A stretch of 43,776 bases of DNA from Octopus bimaculoides (lineage: Eukaryota): assembly GCF_001194135.2 (NCBI RefSeq), contig NC_068988.1, positions 18,079,362 through 18,123,137 on the forward strand, written 5' to 3'. Positions within the stretch are counted from its first letter, which is position 1. Each line of letters opens with the position of its first letter. The position numbers and the translations under genes were made by a program. The notes under the pieces were generated by a model, which did not search any database, was not told where the DNA came from, and was given only the letters and a program-made list of their open reading frames with translations. This document shows positions 25,796 through 37,565 of this stretch, piece by piece.

Positions 25796-25803
<8 letters not shown>
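25277..25803. mobile_element. Mariner-derived fold-back element with N-terminal transposase remnant
   Basis: ORF 25291-25536 (MTAPLAVHTKEEQRAMIPFLWSKGVSGAEIHQRL..SMYEWIKTFNSG..GAGCPST) is a mariner HTH domain. An inverted second 5' end at 25563-25803 terminates in TIR-like tttgatttcccctcgt. Confidence 0.88.
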
Positions 25804-25851
<48 letters not shown>

Positions 25852-25875
25852 GGGGGGAGAGAGAGATAGAGAGAG

Positions 25876-26155
25876 TCTCAGTGCCGCTGGACTGGCTCCT
25901 GTGCAGGTGGCACGTAAAATACACCATTTTGAGCGTGGCCGTTGCCAATACCGCCTGACTGGCCTTCGTGCCGGTGGCGTGTAAAAGCACCCACTACAAT
26001 CTCGGAGTGGTTGGCATTAGGAAGGGCATCCAACTGTAGAAACTCTGCCAAATCAGATTGGAGTCTGGTGTAGCCATCTGGTTCGCCAGTCCTCAGTCAA
26101 ATCGTTCAACCCATGCCAGCATGGAAAGCGGACGTTAAACGATGATGATCATGAT
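25876..26155 (+). mobile_element. Family D repeat, longest copy
   Basis: gtggttggcattaggaagggcatccaactgtagaaa...catggaaagcggacgttaaacgatgatg. Confidence 0.9.
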
Positions 26156-26789
26156 GACTTTAGATGGAAAGTATAGGTAAGAGTAAGTGACATAATGGGT
26201 ATCTAGCAGTAAAATTATGCCTCAATACCAAGTATTTATTCAACCCAAATTAACATGGGAAACCAGATGTAGAACAAACAATCAAATATAAAATTTGTGC
26301 CATAATTTTTTTTTTTTTTAATTTTCAGTTTATGTTTTATATATTCATATTTTTCTAATAGCTTCATGGATTAGTTGTGACAGAAAGAAGCTATTTTTAA
26401 TAAACTGGCAGTGATTAAGCTTTCAACTTCTTCAATAGCTATCTTCAGAATATATCGCATGTTAGTCAATTCTCCTTACCAACATATGGAAAGTGATTCA
26501 TCTCAACTTCATATTAATTTATTTAGCGATCTACATTATGTATATGTATATAGTTCTTGATATCAGAGAGTTCTCTATGATCTGAACATTATGACTAATA
26601 ATTCAATGAAGAGTCTTGGAATTAAATATAAATGTGAGTAATGTCATTATTTTTTTTTTTAATATGAGTCATTTGTGCAGAATGAAGCTATTGGTTGCTC
26701 TACAGAGTCATTTCAGGATGCAATGGACTGGGATTATTTAATTTTAAGATTATGAAGCTGTGAATCAGGAAAAATTTAGTACATATATA

Positions 26790-27130
26790 TGCAGGCGTGG
26801 CTGTGTGGTAAAAAGCTTGCTTCTCAACCACATACTTCTGGGATCAGTCCCACTGCATGGCACCTTGAACAAATGTCTTCTACTATAACCAGAGGCTGAC
26901 CGAACCCTTTTGAGTGGATTTCATTTATGAAAACTGAAAGAAATTTGTCATGTGTGTGTGTGTGGGGGGTACATGCGTGCACACGCATGTGTGTTTTTTG
27001 TGCCTATGTTTGCTCTGCACCACTGCATGACAACCAGTGTTGGATTGTTTACATCCTGGTAACTTAGCAGTTCAGCAAAACAGATTGATAGGCTTAAGAA
27101 AGAAAAGTACTGGGGTCAATTAATTTGACT
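26790..27130 (+). mobile_element. SINE family A, diverged
   Basis: Family A head and 3' module are recognisable. Confidence 0.82.
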
Positions 27131-27286
27131 TAATAGCGAATGGTTTAGCATTCATTTCTGTTCTGTGGACTCCAGCAGTTGGTGCCTTCTGTTATAGCCT
27201 TAGATTGGCCATTGCCGAAAGAGAAAAATACAGTTGATGGTAACTCAAAGAAACTTGTGATACACACATACACATTTGTATGTGTG

Positions 27287-27317
<31 letters not shown>

Positions 27318-27334
27318 GTACACACACATGCAAG

Positions 27335-27498
27335 CAAAGCACCCACTACACTCTCGGAGTGGTTGGCGTTAGGAAGGGAATCCAGCTGTAGAAACTCTGC
27401 CAAATCAGATTGGAGCCTGGTGTAGCCACCTGGTCCACCAGTCCTTAGTCAAATCGTTCAACCTATGCTAGCATGGAAAGCGGACGTTAAACGACGAC

Positions 27499-27532
<34 letters not shown>
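27335..27532 (+). mobile_element. Family D repeat with (GAT)n tail
   Basis: Near-identical to 25990-26155. Confidence 0.9.
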
Positions 27533-27533
<1 letters not shown>

Positions 27534-27733
27534 CATGGATATGTACATATCTATGTATGTGTCTGTGTCTTGATAAGCATACACTGAGTGTAAATAAATA
27601 TAAAAAAAGTCACTGTTCATTCAAATGGTGACATCTGTGAAAGTATGCCCCTGCCATTTATTGTTTAATAGATTAGGGGAGGGATAGCAACAAGAAGAGG
27701 AACCAGCCATAGAAAGAATCTGCCTCAGCAAAG

Positions 27734-27913
27734 ATGCATGCAATCTCTACATGCATGGAATTTCTACATGCATGGAATCTCTACATGCATGGAATCTCTA
27801 CATGCATGGAATCTCTACATGCATGGAATCTCTACATGCATGGAATCTCTACATGCATGGAATCTCTACATGCATGGAATTTCTACATGCATGGAATCTC
27901 TACATGCATGGAA
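27734..27913. repeat. 17-bp minisatellite (CTACATGCATGGAATCT), about 10.5 copies
   Basis: Ten CATGCATGG cores counted plus one degenerate lead unit; no spacers. Confidence 0.95.
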
Positions 27914-28687
27914 AAGTGGACATTAAATGATGATTATGATGATCATCATGATGATAACGACAGTGATGGCAATGAGAATAATGATGGTGCTGACTCGAAC
28001 AACAATAAATACACATGTTAATCACAGAACATCTTGGTTCAATGGAATGCCTAGTCAACTTTATAAGCTGCCAACACATAGCTGTTCTGTTGCACTCAGC
28101 TACTAATATACAAACAACATTACAAATAGTAGCAAAATCAAATATCAAACAAACAAAAAATACAAAAACCGGTTAAATAAATAGATTAAATAAATAATAA
28201 TATTAAATTGACTTACAGAGCAATGCAACAAGCAAAATGCAAACAGCAGGCATAACCACTAAAATGCACCACAAAATCCAATTTTTACCAGTCCAACATT
28301 GATAAATGCTTATTCCCACATAAGGTGCCAAATTCAACTAAAATTGTTATGGAGTTCAAAGAATCACTTTTCTTCTAACACATTACCACCTAACACCTAC
28401 CAATTCACCCAACACCCCACTATCTTTTCTCTTACTTTTTCTTTATTCATTTTTTTTCATATCTCTTTTATCTTCACTTTTCCCCTTTACCAAGCTCAAC
28501 AGCTATTTTTTTTTCTGTTGATGATGAGGATGATGGAACTTATTTTGAAATTTTAGGTGAAAAATCCTGGTGTGAATGGAAAAGGAGTTGGGGGCAGGGT
28601 ATGATGTATATTGTAGTCAGTTTATACATTTACAGCTTTGAGCTAGCTTTAAATCAATAATGCTGTTGTATTGTGAGAATAGTAATG

Positions 28688-28720
<33 letters not shown>

Positions 28721-29869
28721 GTAATGATTATGATTTCTTACATAGGCACAAAGTAAGAATAACAATAATACCTGAATACAAAAAAGAAGCAGCTCTTGCA
28801 ATAATCATATTTTTTGTCTGCAAACATGTATGTGTGTGTATGTATATATGACTACATGTGTTGTGTGGAATGTGTGTGTTTTGGAGAAAAATATCAAGGA
28901 AAAAAATGTGTTTAAAAAAGAGATGTAAATATATGAGGAAATGTAGTTAGTTATTGGTGAAATTTACTCTTCACTTGCTGTTTACAATGCAATTCATATT
29001 CTCTTTTGATGGAGAAAAATAACTGATTATATCTAGTTTGTTGGTATTCCAAAATGGGCATTTTCTCTCAATAAACTTTTGGCATCAAATGAAGACTTTA
29101 AAGAGAAAGGGGGGGGAAAAAAAAGAAGATTGAACTTATACATCCACTGTAATAACATCTCAAACAAATGCGATACATGTAACGACAACAAAGCGGGACA
29201 CAAAGAACATTTGTTAAAATAGGCACTTACAAGGAATCGTTAAAAACAAAAGAAATTGTAACAGCAGAGAAGGATTTTATTTGCAAATTAAGTAAATTAC
29301 ATAATGAAACGATTGTGTGTGTGTGTGCGTGCGTGTGGGCATAGTAGAGGTTTTAAGTAGTTTGCTTCAAAGCCATATGATCTAGGATTCAGCCCTACTG
29401 CATGGCATCCTGAGTAAGTGTCTTCGACTATGGTCCCTGGCCAACTAAAACTTAGTGAGTGAATTTGGTAGACAGAAGCTGCTAATATCCCCATTCTACA
29501 CATGTACGATTGCAATCAATTTATTTTACTCTTCATTCTATGCTAATCTTTTCAGTTACCTTTAAGAGTCTTGCATAAAATGCTTTAAGACAATTGGCAA
29601 TTTAGGATTCATGATAAGAATTCATTATTTTATTGTAATAAGTCCCAGGTCTCTTATATTTTATAAGTCGTTAACAGGCTAATTAAAAGCTTATAATACA
29701 ATAAATAACACTTGTCACAAATACTTAGTCTCATCAACACTGAGAATGTCTCTTGGCAACTCACTTCTTCAACACATCTCTAAAAATTGCAGCATAAACA
29801 CTACCCTCTCACTTTAGGGTAACAACGTAATAAATTAGGAACAACTACTAATCTTCTGTAATGCCCAAA

Positions 29870-30310
29870 TGAAATCCCTGATGACATATTGCTCCTACAT
29901 TTGGAATAGTACTTTCCTGCTCCATATAATGACATCCTGGACTACATCTAAAAGGTCATCTGAATGGGTAGCATGAAGCTGTTCACTAATATATTTCAAA
30001 ATCTGGCCCAAAATTTGCTATTCTTTCAATTTGCCTTTTCTCCCACTAATACCTCACTGTGAACTCTGTTTCTAGAAACTCCTGCTACCTCAATATAGAT
30101 GTTCCTGATTCAGCCATCTCCTCATACATGTTGTAGTCATTTCTTCACTCTACCAGGTCCTGCATGAATCACTTTACTCAGTTCTTCTTTTCCAGAGTGC
30201 CATCCCTCTGAAATTCTCTCATTCTCTTGCTGCTATTCAAGTCTTGTTCTGCCTGCAAAGTCCATGAGTACAACCCCTTCTCCCAGATCAAATTACTAGG
30301 ATATTTATTA
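29870..30310 (+). mobile_element. Decayed CR1/Jockey-group LINE C-terminus
   Basis: YCSYIW motif followed by eroded ILD.I.R and SFFP-like segments; same family as 39940-40346. Confidence 0.55.
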
Positions 30311-30329
30311 ATATCACATAATGTTGGAA

Positions 30330-30530
30330 AGTGGTGAGCTGGCAAAATCATTAGCATGCTGGGTAAAATGCTTAGTGGCATTTTGTCTATCTGTATGTTC
30401 TGAGTTCAAATACCACTGGGGTTGACTTTACCTTTCATCCTTTTGAGATCGATAAAATAAGTACCAGTTGAGTACAATCAACTCATGCCCACTCCCCAAA
30501 ATTGTTGGCCTTGTGACAAAATTTGAAATC
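30330..30530 (+). mobile_element. SINE family B
   Basis: ggtgagctggcaaaatcattagc...gagttcaaat...cctttcatccttt. Confidence 0.85.
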
Positions 30531-30846
30531 ATTATTGCATAATGTTAGATCATTTGATGACTGACTCTTGATTTATTAGTTCACAAAATATTTTTTTAAT
30601 AATTAATAGAATAATAATTATTGCCCAAATGATGTTTCTTTACTGAATACTCATTTTGTATGATTTGCATGATAGGACATCATTAGATTGATCATTAATT
30701 CATAGTAGACTTTTGATTTAGCCTTTTGCCTGTCCAATGTATTTTGATAAGCTTGTCCTGTACCTCCGTGCTTGTTTTCAGATTTTTAGCTACCCCTTGT
30801 TTCATGCATTCTGAGTAACATAAGGCTTTCCTTTCGAAAGTCCAAA

Positions 30847-30936
30847 GATATGTCTAGTGATCATTAAAATAAGCAAAGATATGTCTAGTGATAATTAAAA
30901 TAAAATAAGCAATATGTCTAGTGATAATTAAATAAG
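30847..30936. repeat. Short tandem triplication (unit about 31-35 bp, atatgtctagtgat.attaaaataagc)
   Basis: Three atatgtctagtgat motifs seen directly. Confidence 0.85.
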
Positions 30937-30951
30937 TGTCATATATGATGC

Positions 30952-31325
30952 GGAGGCGCAATGGCCCAGTGGTTAGGGCAGCGAACTCGCAGTCATAGGA
31001 TCGCGGTTTCGATTCCCAGACAGGGCGTTGTGTGTGTTTATTGAGCGAAAACACCTAAAGCTCCATGAGGCAGGGGATGGTGGCTAAACCCTGCTGTACT
31101 CTTTCACCACAACTTTCTCTCACTCTTACTTCCTGTTTCCGTTGTACCTGTAATTCAAAGGGTCAGCCTTGTCACACTGTGTCACACTGAATATCCCCGA
31201 GAACTACGTTAAGGGTACACGTGTCTGTGGAGTGCTCAGCCACTTGCACGTTAATTTCACGAGCAGGCTGTTCCGTTGATCGGATCAACTGGAACCCTCG
31301 ACGTTGTAAGCAACAGAGTGCCAAC
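30952..31325 (+). mobile_element. SINE family C
   Basis: Closely similar to 20420-20810; ends at an N gap. Confidence 0.92.
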
Positions 31326-31830
31326 NNNNNNNNNNNNNNNNNNNNNNNNNNNNNNNNNNNNNNNNNNNNNNNNNNNNNNNNNNNNNNNNNNNNNNNNNNN
31401 NNNNNNNNNNNNNNNNNNNNNNNNNNNNNNNNNNNNNNNNNNNNNNNNNNNNNNNNNNNNNNNNNNNNNNNNNNNNNNNNNNNNNNNNNNNNNNNNNNNN
31501 NNNNNNNNNNNNNNNNNNNNNNNNNNNNNNNNNNNNNNNNNNNNNNNNNNNNNNNNNNNNNNNNNNNNNNNNNNNNNNNNNNNNNNNNNNNNNNNNNNNN
31601 NNNNNNNNNNNNNNNNNNNNNNNNNNNNNNNNNNNNNNNNNNNNNNNNNNNNNNNNNNNNNNNNNNNNNNNNNNNNNNNNNNNNNNNNNNNNNNNNNNNN
31701 NNNNNNNNNNNNNNNNNNNNNNNNNNNNNNNNNNNNNNNNNNNNNNNNNNNNNNNNNNNNNNNNNNNNNNNNNNNNNNNNNNNNNNNNNNNNNNNNNNNN
31801 NNNNNNNNNNNNNNNNNNNNNNNNNNNNNN

Positions 31831-32168
31831 GTCGAGCAAATCGACCCCAGGACTTATTCTTTGGAAGCCTAGTACTTATTCTATTGGTCTCTCTTGCTGA
31901 ACCACTAAGTTACGGGGACGTAAACACACCAGCATCAGTTGTCAAGCAATGTTGGGGGGACAAACACAGACACAAACATATACACACACATATATACATA
32001 TATATGACGGGCTTCTTTCAGTTTTCCGTCTACCAAATCCACTCACAAGGCTTTGGTCGGCCCAAGACTATAGTAGAAGACACCTGCCCAAGGTGCCATG
32101 CAGTGGGAATGAACCCAGAACTATGTGGTTGGTAAGCAAGCTACTTACCACACAGCCACTCCTGCGCC
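31831..32168 (-). mobile_element. SINE family A
   Basis: Reverse complement of 13645-14050. Confidence 0.92.
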
Positions 32169-32489
32169 TACTAAATTTAACTTTATTTCTGTCCTTTTGG
32201 GGATCACTAAAATAAAGTACTGGGTCAAGTACTGGTGTTGTAACCAACTGAACCCAATTCCCTCAAAATTTCAAGCTCTTTTGCCTAAATTAGAAATAAT
32301 TATTATACTTAGGAATTTGTGGCTTAGTAATGGAACATTGACTCAATAATTTATAGAACTTTAGTTTAATACCTGAAATGATGTTAATTCAATATTTGAT
32401 AAAATTCTGATTTAATGGTTGCAAGGATATCAATTCCATGATTAAACATAATTATTGGAGGTACTTTGTTAAATGATTAAATTTGATAT

Positions 32490-33110
32490 ATGCATAGGTA
32501 CAGGCATAGCTGTGTAGTCAAAAGATTGCTTTGTGACTACATGGTTCCAGGTTTGATCATGCTGTGTGACAGAATGGACATAAGTCTTCTACTGAAGTCT
32601 TTGGTTTACCAATGCATTGTAAGTGGAATTTGGTAGACAGCAATAGTACAGAAGCCTAAAGGCAGTGAGCTGGCAGAATCATTAGCACACCAGGTAAAAC
32701 GCTTAGCGGTATTTCATCTGCTGTTATGTTCTGAGTTTAAATTCCACCGAGGTTGACTTTGCCTTTCTTCTTTTCGGGGGGGGGGGGTTGATAAATTAAG
32801 TACCAGTTGTGTACTGGGATTAATCTAATCGACTGGCCCCCTCCCCACCAAATTTTGGGCCTTGTACCTAGAGTAGAAAAGAATAGTACAGAAGCCAAGT
32901 GTCTCAAGGTATATTTATGTCAAAATATAATGGTCAAAATATGAGGTGTGGGTATTGCTGTGTGGTGAGAAGTTTGCTTCCCAGACTCATGGTTTCAGGT
33001 TCAGTCCCACTGCGTATCACCTTAGACAAGTATCTTCTACTATAGCCTTGGACAGACCAAAGCTTTGTAAGTGGATTTGATAGATAGAAACTGCAAGAAG
33101 CCTGTTGTGT
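32490..33110 (+). mobile_element. Old family A SINE with a nested family B SINE (32657-32881, 15-bp TSD), then another family A fragment
   Basis: TSD aatagtacagaagcc at 32642-32656 and 32882-32896. Confidence 0.88.
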
Positions 33111-34234
33111 ATGTATATTTATTAGTCTTTAAGAATAATATTATCATCATCATCATCATTTAACATGCATTTTCCTTGCTGGCATGAGTTGATATGTGTT
33201 TGTGTGTGTGTAGTTAATTAAAGAAACAGAGGAAAAAAACAGGGAAAAAAAGAAAAAGAAAAAGCAAATGTGAGGATATAGCACAAGCAAAGTATTAATA
33301 TTATGCTCAGATAAGGAAAAGAGTAGTTGTTTTACGTTTTGAGCACAGCTCTTCTTCAGAAACAGTAAAAACAGGAAAGTCCAAAAGGAAGAAAGAAGAA
33401 GCAAAAAAAAAAAACTGCCAATGATCCATGTTTGGCTACAATATATATATGTTTCCATTATAACTGAACATTAAAAACTAACAATTTGTGTGAGTGTTTC
33501 TTTGTCTTGACATTGCATGGCAGTTGTATAATGATTGTTACTGTTATACAAGTAATGTCATTAATTTCTAATATTCTGCAAGAGCATATGTCTAACCATT
33601 GGGAAATATTACTTTGTTTAAAACAGTTGGGGGTTGGTGGCAGGAAGAGTATCCAACTGTAGAAAATCTGCTTCAAAATCTCCATTTTAACCCATGCAAG
33701 CATGGAAAAGTTGACATTATGATGATGATGTTAAGGATAACTTAACCATTTGATAAACAGAGATCAATAAAATAAACACTAGGATGCAGTGCAGTTGACA
33801 TGATCATTTAAAATCTTCCAAGGTCTTAGTCAATCATGTAAGACCATATGAAAATCTTGGTCAATAAGATCTTAATGGAATCAATATGACTGAAGGTTTT
33901 AATCTTTTAGTTGAATATCTGGAGTCTGACACCCAGTATGGTCACAGACCAATGACTGAAATCAGTGAAACAAAAAAAGCAATATACATCGAACTGTGTA
34001 GCTATTATAAATTTATTTCCATCCACCAAGATGTAACTAAAATTGAAAATTTCCTTGTCATTGCAAACATATAATTTCAATGCTTCATGTTATAGAAAAA
34101 AACATGAGTAGTATTGATAAAAATGTTGATGCAGTACAGAACAAGATGGATTATTAAATCAATATATGTGTAAATATGTTTAATTTCACTGTAAAAGAAA
34201 ATATGGAATCTGCAGACATATTATAGCTTTATAT

Positions 34235-34430
34235 ATAAGGCGGCAGGCTGGCATATTGCTGAGTGGCATTACATCTGTCTTTACATTCTGAGTTCAAATT
34301 CCACTGAGGTCAACTTTGCCTTTCATCTTTTTGGGGTCAATAAAATAAGTACCATTTGAGCACAGGGGTCAATGTAATTGACTTACCTTTTCCCCTTAAA
34401 TTGCTGGCCTTGAGTCAAAATTTGAAATCT
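34235..34430 (+). mobile_element. SINE family B
   Basis: Family B core and tail present. Confidence 0.85.
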
Positions 34431-35349
34431 TATTCTAGCTTTGTATTATAGGTCAAGGGTCATGGCTTGATGGTTAAGGTGTTAGACTAACAACCACTGA
34501 GCTGTGAGTTCAGTTTTTAAACTGGACAAAGCATTGTGTCTGAAAATAAAGTGCCTTGAGTAAAGGACTTCATTTTATCTATCTCTAGTAGACATAGTTG
34601 AAGATGAATACCAGCAGTATATGGAGGTTAATCTTGTGGCAACCTGGTATTCCTTTCAGGGTGCGTATCTTCAGCTGTCAGCCTGAATACCTTGAAAATC
34701 CATATAAGCTTCAGCAAAATGAGCATGTAGACTTGAGAGAGAAACAGACAGACAGAAAGAGAGTAGCAGAAAAGAGAGAGAGAGCGGGGGCAGGGTTATA
34801 TTGTAGCCTTTTCCTGACTTCAGAAACCCAGAATGTTTTATGTTTTGCATAAAACTTGAATAATAGAAGGTTCTTCAAAACCAACAAGTTGAATTATTCT
34901 GGGTATAAATGTCATAGTACTTTGAGGTAAAGTAATCCTCTTCCTGATACCCCAACTTTTTTTTTTTCAGTCAACACTATTATTAGCATTATTAGCAAGT
35001 TAGAAATTATGTGAAGGTAATACCCCCTACCAAGAAAATATTTTTTAATGAGAATTGAGAATTGTTGATATGGAAGACTGATTGCAAGTAGGTATGTGCG
35101 CCCATATTACAGAAACTAGTGGTAATATATGAGCTTGAAATTAGTTTCTGTAAACTGGTGCTAATGTATCAGATATGACATAAACAATAAGAGAATAAAT
35201 TAAAAATTACAAAAAACAAACATATAAATACGTAATGCAGTCTTATAATATTTCAGAAGGTATGCACTTTCAGAGGTTTATTTTAATGTATTGAGTTACA
35301 TAGTTACATGGTAGTTACTGCAATTTGTTTTGGCTTTGGGTAGTTGATA

Positions 35350-36285
35350 TGTTGAATCATTAGAGCATTGGCAATAATGCCTTGTGGTAATTCTGCTACA
35401 ACTTTATATTTTGAGTTCAAACCCATTAAAGTTCGCTTTCCTTTTCATCCTTTCAGAATCGATAAAATAACTAACAACAATCAATTACTAGAGTTGATGT
35501 AATTAACTAGTTTTTCCCTCCAAAATTGCTGGCTTGTGCTGTTATTATATTTATTTCTTTATTGCCCACGGGGGGGGGGGCTAAATGTAGAGGGGACAAA
35601 CAAGGACAGACAAAGGAATTAAGTCGATTACATCGATCCCAGTGCATAACCGGTACTTATTTAATCGACCCTGAAAGGATGAAAGGCAAAGTCGACTTCG
35701 GTGGAATTTGAACTCAGAACGTAACAGCAGATGAAATACTGCTGAGCCTTTTGTCTGGGATGCTAACGATTCTGCCAGGTCACCACCCTTATTAGCAGTT
35801 ATTATTATAAGGATGGTGAAAGATGGTAAGCTGACAAAATTGTTAGCAAAATGCTTAGCAGCATTTCATCTGTCTTTATGTTCTAAGTTCAAATTCCACC
35901 TGGATCAACTTTGCCTTTCATCCTTTCTGGATCAATAAAATGAGTTTTAGTTGAACAAATTGACCCCAGTAGTAATATTTTTGTTTCTAGTCTGGTACTT
36001 ATTCTCTCAGTCTCTTTTGCTGAGCCACTAAGTTGTGGTGATGTAAACACACCAACACCATCTGTCAAGCAGTGGTGGAGGACACACACACACACATACA
36101 CACACACACACATACACATACACACACACACACACACTCACACACACGTATATATATATATATATATACACACACATGATGGGCATCTTTCAGATCTACT
36201 CACAAGTCCTTGGTGAGCCTGAGGCAAAAGTAGAAGACACTAGCCCAAGGTGTCATGCAATGGGACTGAACATGTGGCTGGGAAG
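35350..36285. mobile_element. SINE cluster: B(+) 35350-35540, B(-) 35550-35790, B(+) 35825-35945, A(-) 35950-36285
   Basis: Each segment aligns by eye to other copies in this window. Confidence 0.8.
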
Positions 36286-36892
36286 TATAGTACAACATAA
36301 ATGAACATCATAAAGTTTCAGTTAATTTATACCAATGTAATGTGAGGGGAAAAAACAACGGCAAAAAACAACAGCCATCACTCACTTGCATGACCTGGTA
36401 TCATGAACTGTGTAATTGTTTGAGATAGCTATATAATTATGAGTAAACAACTTCTTGGCCCTTTAAGCTCTATGAGCCATAAGAACATGGAAGATGTAAG
36501 AACTGGAGGGAGAGAAGGTTGTGCCAGAACTCATTTTCAATTAAGTAAACTGGAGCCATGTGAAATTAAATGCCTTTTCTCAAGGAGAATATGTACTGCA
36601 TGTTCCAGGAACTGAAACCTTACAATGAAAAACCAACACTTTAACCACTAAATGGCAGAGTTATTTTACTCAACTGTTCCTGCGTCTTATAATGTAAATT
36701 ATAATGTAAATTAAGCCACATCAGCAGAAATGTAATCACAAAAGAGTTAATATTTGATAGAATACTGGTTTAATGATTGATTGAATTATAAATATTAAGT
36801 GTTTGTTTTCTGGTTTGTAGAATATTGGCTCTTTTGTTTGTAAAGTATCATTATTTCGATAATTAGGCAAACTTTGGTTTGTTGGTCAACAG

Positions 36893-36958
36893 GATAGAGT
36901 TTCTTGTGAAAATGAAAATAATTTTCAAGCACCAGTGTTGCTGAATCCATTCTTCTAA
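36893..36958 (+). CDS. Candidate terminal coding exon, DRVSCENENNFQAPVLLNPFF* (product unknown)
   Basis: Acceptor ttggtcaacag|G, phase-0 open frame to TAA at 36956-36958, AATAAA at 37019-37024. Confidence 0.2.
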   Translation, partial: DRVSCENENNFQAPVLLNPFF

Positions 36959-37043
36959 TGAATCAAGTGTGTTATGAACATATAACTGTTGTAAATGAGA
37001 AGCTGTTCTCCTGTGACGAATAAAACAGTGATTAGCATATCAA

Positions 37044-37046
<3 letters not shown>

Positions 37047-37138
<92 letters not shown>
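37047..37138. repeat. (TG)n microsatellite
   Basis: Seen directly. Confidence 0.97.
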
Positions 37139-37140
<2 letters not shown>

Positions 37141-37427
37141 CAAAAGTGAGTGTGTGTTCTTGTGTTTTAACCTTGTCTAGATATTTGTGTACTAATTCTT
37201 ATAAACTGTATTACTTTTACAATCTTAAATAAAAATATGTCCCACCATTCTTCAAAAAACAATGGGAAAATATCAGTTTTCTGAGAAGCAGGTGATGGTT
37301 AGCAACAGGAAGAACATCTGGCCACAGAAAATTTACCTTAACCGTGTTTTGTCTGTTCTGTGCAAGCATGGAAAAATGGACATTCAAATGATAATATTAT
37401 GTCTTATATATGTGTGTGTCTGTGTCT

Positions 37428-37435
37428 ACATACAT

Positions 37436-37468
<33 letters not shown>

Positions 37469-37516
37469 TACATATACATACATAGCATACATACATACAT
37501 AACATACATACATACA

Positions 37517-37547
<31 letters not shown>

Positions 37548-37564
37548 CATACATACATACATAC
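37428..37564. repeat. (TACA)n microsatellite
   Basis: Seen directly. Confidence 0.95.
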
Positions 37565-37565
37565 T

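Noticed and set aside
27734-28021. Repetitive ORFs and a possible CRISPR-like array
   Set aside because: Pure 17-bp tandem repeat with no unique spacers, in a eukaryotic context.
31221-32135. Longest ORFs (304, 198 and 184 aa; also 38971-39551)
   Set aside because: They are open only because they cross N gaps; the flanking parts are SINE sequence.
33886-34074. 62-aa ORF MTEGFNLLVEYLESDTQYGHRP
   Set aside because: Its core matches the family A SINE tail (ggccacagtcaaatgactgaaac).
34592-34660. SDR-like peptide IVEDEYQQYMEVNLVATWY
   Set aside because: No Rossmann or YxxxK exon was found nearby, so it is too short to assign a family; kept only as an unnamed exon candidate.
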